Shown here: positions 59,603-64,000 of the stretch, one piece after another
Position numbering within the stretch: the stretch's first letter is position 1
Layout: each line of letters starts with the position of its first letter
Source of the DNA: Macrostomum hystrix
Taxonomy: Eukaryota > Animalia > Platyhelminthes
Reading direction: 5' to 3'
Length of the DNA stretch: 64,000 nt
NCBI GenBank assembly: GCA_950097015.1
Contig: CATNEN010000003.1
Coordinates: 1,984,001-2,048,000, forward strand
Notes under the pieces: generated by a model
The model's input: only the letters and a program-made list of their open reading frames with translations
Databases searched by the model: none
What the model was told of the DNA's origin: nothing
Translations under genes and position numbers: made by a program

Positions 59603-59965
59603 TGTGATGAACCCTCGACGATGGTGCCTAGTGGAGACGTTGACGCAGACGGACTCGCTCACTTGACGCAGACGTAAACCCGGCGCAGACCGGCCTGCTG
59701 CGCGCCGTCTTGATGACTAACGTGGCACTCTATTGCCGCGCCGGCCTGACCCATCCAAGTGGGTGAACTGATGCGGCCATCGGTAACTCCAAATGGCAGG
59801 CCCCATCATCCGCGCGGAGTCCTGCTGCCCACAGCTGGTGCAGAAGGTGCTCTTGCTCAAGCTCGAACCAAACTCAGTGTTTTGTCGATTGCCTGCTGGC
59901 TGACGCTGCATGGCGCCAAGGACTACTAAATACCTTAATATAGTAACCCCTTGCTGGCGCTCCGC
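59603..59965 (+). mobile_element. Possible LTR remnant followed by a PBS-like TGGCGC
   Basis: Abrupt GC-rich block starting TGTGATGA; TGGCGCTCCG at 59955; no partner LTR in the window. Confidence 0.25.
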
Positions 59966-60570
59966 GCAATCTGCCGGCGGTTCGGTATTTGTTCGCGCCC
60001 GCGCCCTAAAGCGCGACGCTGCCTTTTTCTATTAGGACAGTATTTTTATTGCTGTTGTTGTTGTTGTTGTTGTGGTCGAATTATAACGTTATACTTAGGT
60101 TTAGAGCACGATCAAAGACCACTACAAAGGACTACTAGGAGTAGGGTCGATCCTTAATTGGACCATTGTAGTCTAACGATAGTAAAAAAACAAAATTTAA
60201 TCCGTCCGACGAAGGGGTTGATCCTCCGAGCAAAAGCAGCTAGCAAGTGCTCTGAAGCTGCGCATATCGATAGATTGATACGTAAAGAAAAGATCGATTG
60301 TATTTTGAAACAAAAAAGCTATATAATAACAAAAAGCATATTGCAGGCGACGGGCCTAGGTATCGCATAGTAAATCTTTGGTGACAGTAGACCCGCAGCC
60401 AGCGAGTAGGCAATTGGCTGACTAATTGGCCTAGCTACTAATTGGCTGACTCAAGCACACACGCACAACCGATACCGAACGCATGCACAAATTCTCATCG
60501 TCATGCAGGCAGGGTAAATCTCACTGTGTCTAGCAGGTTGGCGCTGAAGTGCGAGACAAGCACTTCAGCT

Positions 60571-60646
60571 TTCAGCTTGCGAGACAAACTCTTTTGTGCG
60601 GCTGCGCCTTCAGCTTGCGAGACAAACTCTTTTGTGCGGCTGCGCC
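60571..60646. repeat. 38-bp tandem duplication
   Basis: TTCAGCTTGCGAGACAAACTCTTTTGTGCGGCTGCGCC x2. Confidence 0.9.
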
Positions 60647-62863
60647 CCAAATGAATATGTACGCGGAATCGAGCTCTGGGACCTAGGTGCTAGAGGCAAG
60701 TTGAACCAGTCGGTGCACTTGTCGGCAGAGATGCAGCCAACGGTTCTGTCTACATGCGCGGATAGGCCTCCATCGAAAGATTCCCGCGCTGCTCAGTTGT
60801 CGGAGCGATGAATATCTGCTGGTCAGCTGCGATCGAGTTCTCTCTTGAGAGCGCGGCCTTCCAACAGGAGATTAAATTCTCTACATGTGTCAAAAACGTA
60901 GAGAAAAACGCGTGGCTGGCAGAACCTGGCTGCCATGCAGGTGCAAGTGAGCGGCGCTGAGGTTGGTGTCTCACCCAGCCCAAATTATTTAGAATTTATG
61001 CCCAATCAGGGCGAGATTCAGAACATAGTTTTCACTGCCATATTTAGGCCTTGGTCTCAGTTATTTCATGGTATCGCAAGCTGCACGAACGCTTAAAATC
61101 ATGACAGTGCAAATTTTGCTCGCGCCTCTGCATGGAGGCCATTTGTAATAGACAGTGATCACAGCCATAACACAGCTTAGCAAAAAAAGACATGGACACG
61201 GATTCGAAAGACATGGATTCGCAACATGCATCGCTGCAGTTGGCGTATCCGCCGGCACTGCGAAGGTAGCGTTTTAAGATGCCGTGCTCCTCTGGGGTAT
61301 CGCCAGCCTGATTCAGCGCCACGCGCCTCTTGCGCCCCGCTAAAGTCCAAAAATCTGTACACACCGCACGTACGGCTTATCACTTTGTGGCCAGCTGCGG
61401 TGATAGACTGGATGGCGCCATCAACTATATATATATAGCCTGTGGCCGCTCGCCTGAAGACGCGCGAACGTACGTATCCTCGGCGTCGTGCGTGGGCAGT
61501 CCGCTTAATTATTCCGGATCTAGCCCGCTAGCTGGCCCGCTGTCCCGCCTGCCTGATGGTTGAGTCGCTCTGCCAGACTGGGATCCCTGACCAATCGCTC
61601 CATCGGTCGCATCAGCGGAACCGTCTTCTCCGCAACGGCTCGCATTGCGGTGCTAATGTCGGCGTACTGCGGTTCGCGTTGATCTTGAGTTACTTGACTT
61701 ATATAGCTGCAGGAGGCATCTTCCGGATATACCGAGTTCATTTACTTACCGAGTGGTTTAAGTGCATGCTTTATGTACGAGCTATTTTCATACGTCTTTC
61801 GCTGTCTTGGTGTTCTGGCAATTGATATAGTTAGGTGGCTAGGATTGAGCAACTAAACACCACACTCCCAGACACGAAGGCAGACAGAGACAGCAGTTGC
61901 GACATAGCAGAGAGCGAACGAGGGAAGGGCACCGTCTATGGCCCACATGCAATATATTTGCTGATAAATTGTTTCGAAGAAAATAATTAAAACGGCGAAG
62001 AAAGCAAAAAGCACAGAAAAGCAAGAAAAAGGAAGCCGGGAAAAGGCAAAAAAGAAAATTTCACACCACGCAGCGCGAAGAGACAAGGCTGGGCAGCACG
62101 CGGGCGCCGGCTGAAATACGACCCAGCACAAGGCGGAGGGGTGGGTGTCTGGGGTGGGTGTTTACAACCAATCAGCGAACACCGATTGGACACATAAATA
62201 GAATTTTTCCTCTTTTGGAATTTCGTCATACGTTCATTGACATGTTGTGTGCTTGGAGATCTTGGAGATCTCTCTGTCGAAATAGAATTAAACTTTGTTT
62301 CTTTTGAACTTCAAGTCAGAACGTGCGCGTCTCGATCTCAGGCTTTGTTTGGGCCATAGACTTCGGCCATGTACGGAATTAAATTTCCTTAGTGTGTTTC
62401 TTTTAAACCAGACTCTTTTTCAAAATAGAAGGTAAATTTTGTTATTATTATGTTAATTATAGACTGGTTAGTTTAGCCGAAATATAGCTCGCGGCTTTTA
62501 AATATTTAAACATAATTGACTGACTTAGCCGTTTTTTGTTCCTGTTATATAACAAATAGTTGCTTCTCTTTAGACAAAAAGTTATTTTTCTTTATTTTAA
62601 ATTAGTACTGTCTTTTTCATTGTAAAACTGTTTGGGTGTAACTCTCCTTTTTAACTTTTGAACGTGGGTTACTTTAAACTGTCGTTGAAAGCAAAAAGGC
62701 GTATAACTCATCTGTAAAAACTGTATTATCAGTTTATCAATAGCTATTGTCTTCGCAATATGCTTTAAATAGCTTTTTTATTTTTATTCGCTGTTCTTAT
62801 TAACTTCTTATAGACTTAAGACACTGCTCACTTCAGAGATTTAACTAGTTTAGCTTCTCCAGC

Positions 62864-62929
62864 ATGGCGAACAGTGTCAATGATCTGCTTCCTGAGCAAT
62901 TGGATGAGCTTGTTGCTACATTTACAACT
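62864..62929 (+). CDS. Possible first coding exon of an EF-hand (calmodulin/troponin C-like) gene continuing beyond the window
   Basis: ctccag|cATG ... ACT|gtaagt; MANSVNDLLPEQLDELVATFTT resembles the calmodulin LTEEQIAEFKEAF helix; only 22 codons. Confidence 0.35.
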
Positions 62930-62960
62930 GTAAGTTTTTGTTGCTTTTATTCATACCTAC

Positions 62961-63841
62961 TAGGGCTCGGTCGTTCGTGAATTTTTGGTCGTGCGTGTTT
63001 TGTGATCGTGATTTTCTTCTTTCAATGGTTGACTAAATTAATTAATATCAAGATATAGGACTCATATTACATATATAATATAAAGTCATAATTAAATGTC
63101 ATTTATATATGACAGAATCAGTAAATCATACAATATAATATAATATCCAAAAATAAATGATTACAAATATAATTATATTATTTTTACTGTTATTGCTTAA
63201 ATGTCAAAGAAAAAATAAACTATTAATTTTATTACACCTATACATGTTACCTATCACCTACTGAATGAATGAGTCATAAGTAAATATGACTTTTCTTCTC
63301 TCGGTTCTGCTACACAACATATTTTTGTACTTGTGCCAAACTATAACTAAATAGCCAACAATTGTGCTTTAATTTGCATTTCGCAATTCTTCTCTCGATT
63401 CTGCTACACAACATCTTTTTGTGCTCGCGCCAAATGTCTTCATCCAAACAAAAAAGAAATCAACAATTGTGCATTGCTGCCATTTGTAAGTCGTGAGGCA
63501 AGTTGAACACTTCTGTCTTCCAAGATAGACAACCACGAAAGCAGATGGCCGCTTTGATTTCTTTATCTTTGTTTGGATTCTTTGTCCAGTGTTAATAAGT
63601 TGATCTCTTTGAGCCATCTAAAATTGAAAGGATTTGTACTGTAGATGTGCTATTTTATCAATAAAACAAAATTCTAGATTATAGTACTCGCATTTGGATT
63701 CCCGAAATTTCCATTAAAAAAGTATTGATGGGTCATGAAAAATGACAAAAAGTAGTAAAAAATCACGATGCAATTTTCAGGAGTAGGCCTAAGAAAAATC
63801 ACGACCATGATTCCATTGGTCATGAAATCACGAATTCCCTA
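62961..63841. mobile_element. Non-autonomous hAT element (TAGGG...CCCTA)
   Basis: 8-bp TSD ATACCTAC at 62953-62960 and 63842-63849; subterminal TCGTG/CACGA repeats. Confidence 0.8.
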
Positions 63842-64000
63842 ATACCTACATGCAAAATAAAACATAGACCAAGTTCAAAGAGCCCATCTGTCTAATAGGT
63901 CCAGTCACAACTTGGCCTATCTACAAACTAGGCTCTGCTGTCTTGTCTCATTACTGCAGTTACTGGCCCTAGGTGTAGGGGCCCAGTAGTTTTGCAGTAG

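Overview
Eukaryotic (animal) genomic DNA with AT-rich introns packed with minisatellites. The style suggests a free-living flatworm such as Macrostomum lignano, but that is inference only. Five genes lie head-to-tail on the minus strand. In transcription order they are PRMT3 (6 exons, 47568-37256), archease/ZBTB8OS (1 exon), a class A peptide GPCR (2 exons), SF3A1 (2 exons) and a TARBP1/Trm3-like tRNA methyltransferase (at least 8 exons, running off the window start). I rebuilt the exon chains by hand and the splice phases are mutually consistent. An intronless secreted PAN/apple + C-type-lectin-like gene is nested antisense in PRMT3 intron 3. Mobile DNA includes a complete Ty3/Gypsy element (identical 303-bp LTRs, TATAT TSD), an internally deleted Helitron, several MITEs with TSDs (some nested) and two tRNA-derived SINE families. 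About 20 different tandem arrays are present. The most interesting lead is the TARBP1-like gene. Its most 5' coding exon starts at a phase-0 splice acceptor with no in-frame ATG for about 440 codons and no convincing upstream coding exon. This fits initiation from the AUG at the end of a flatworm spliced leader, possibly within a polycistronic cluster of RNA-metabolism genes.
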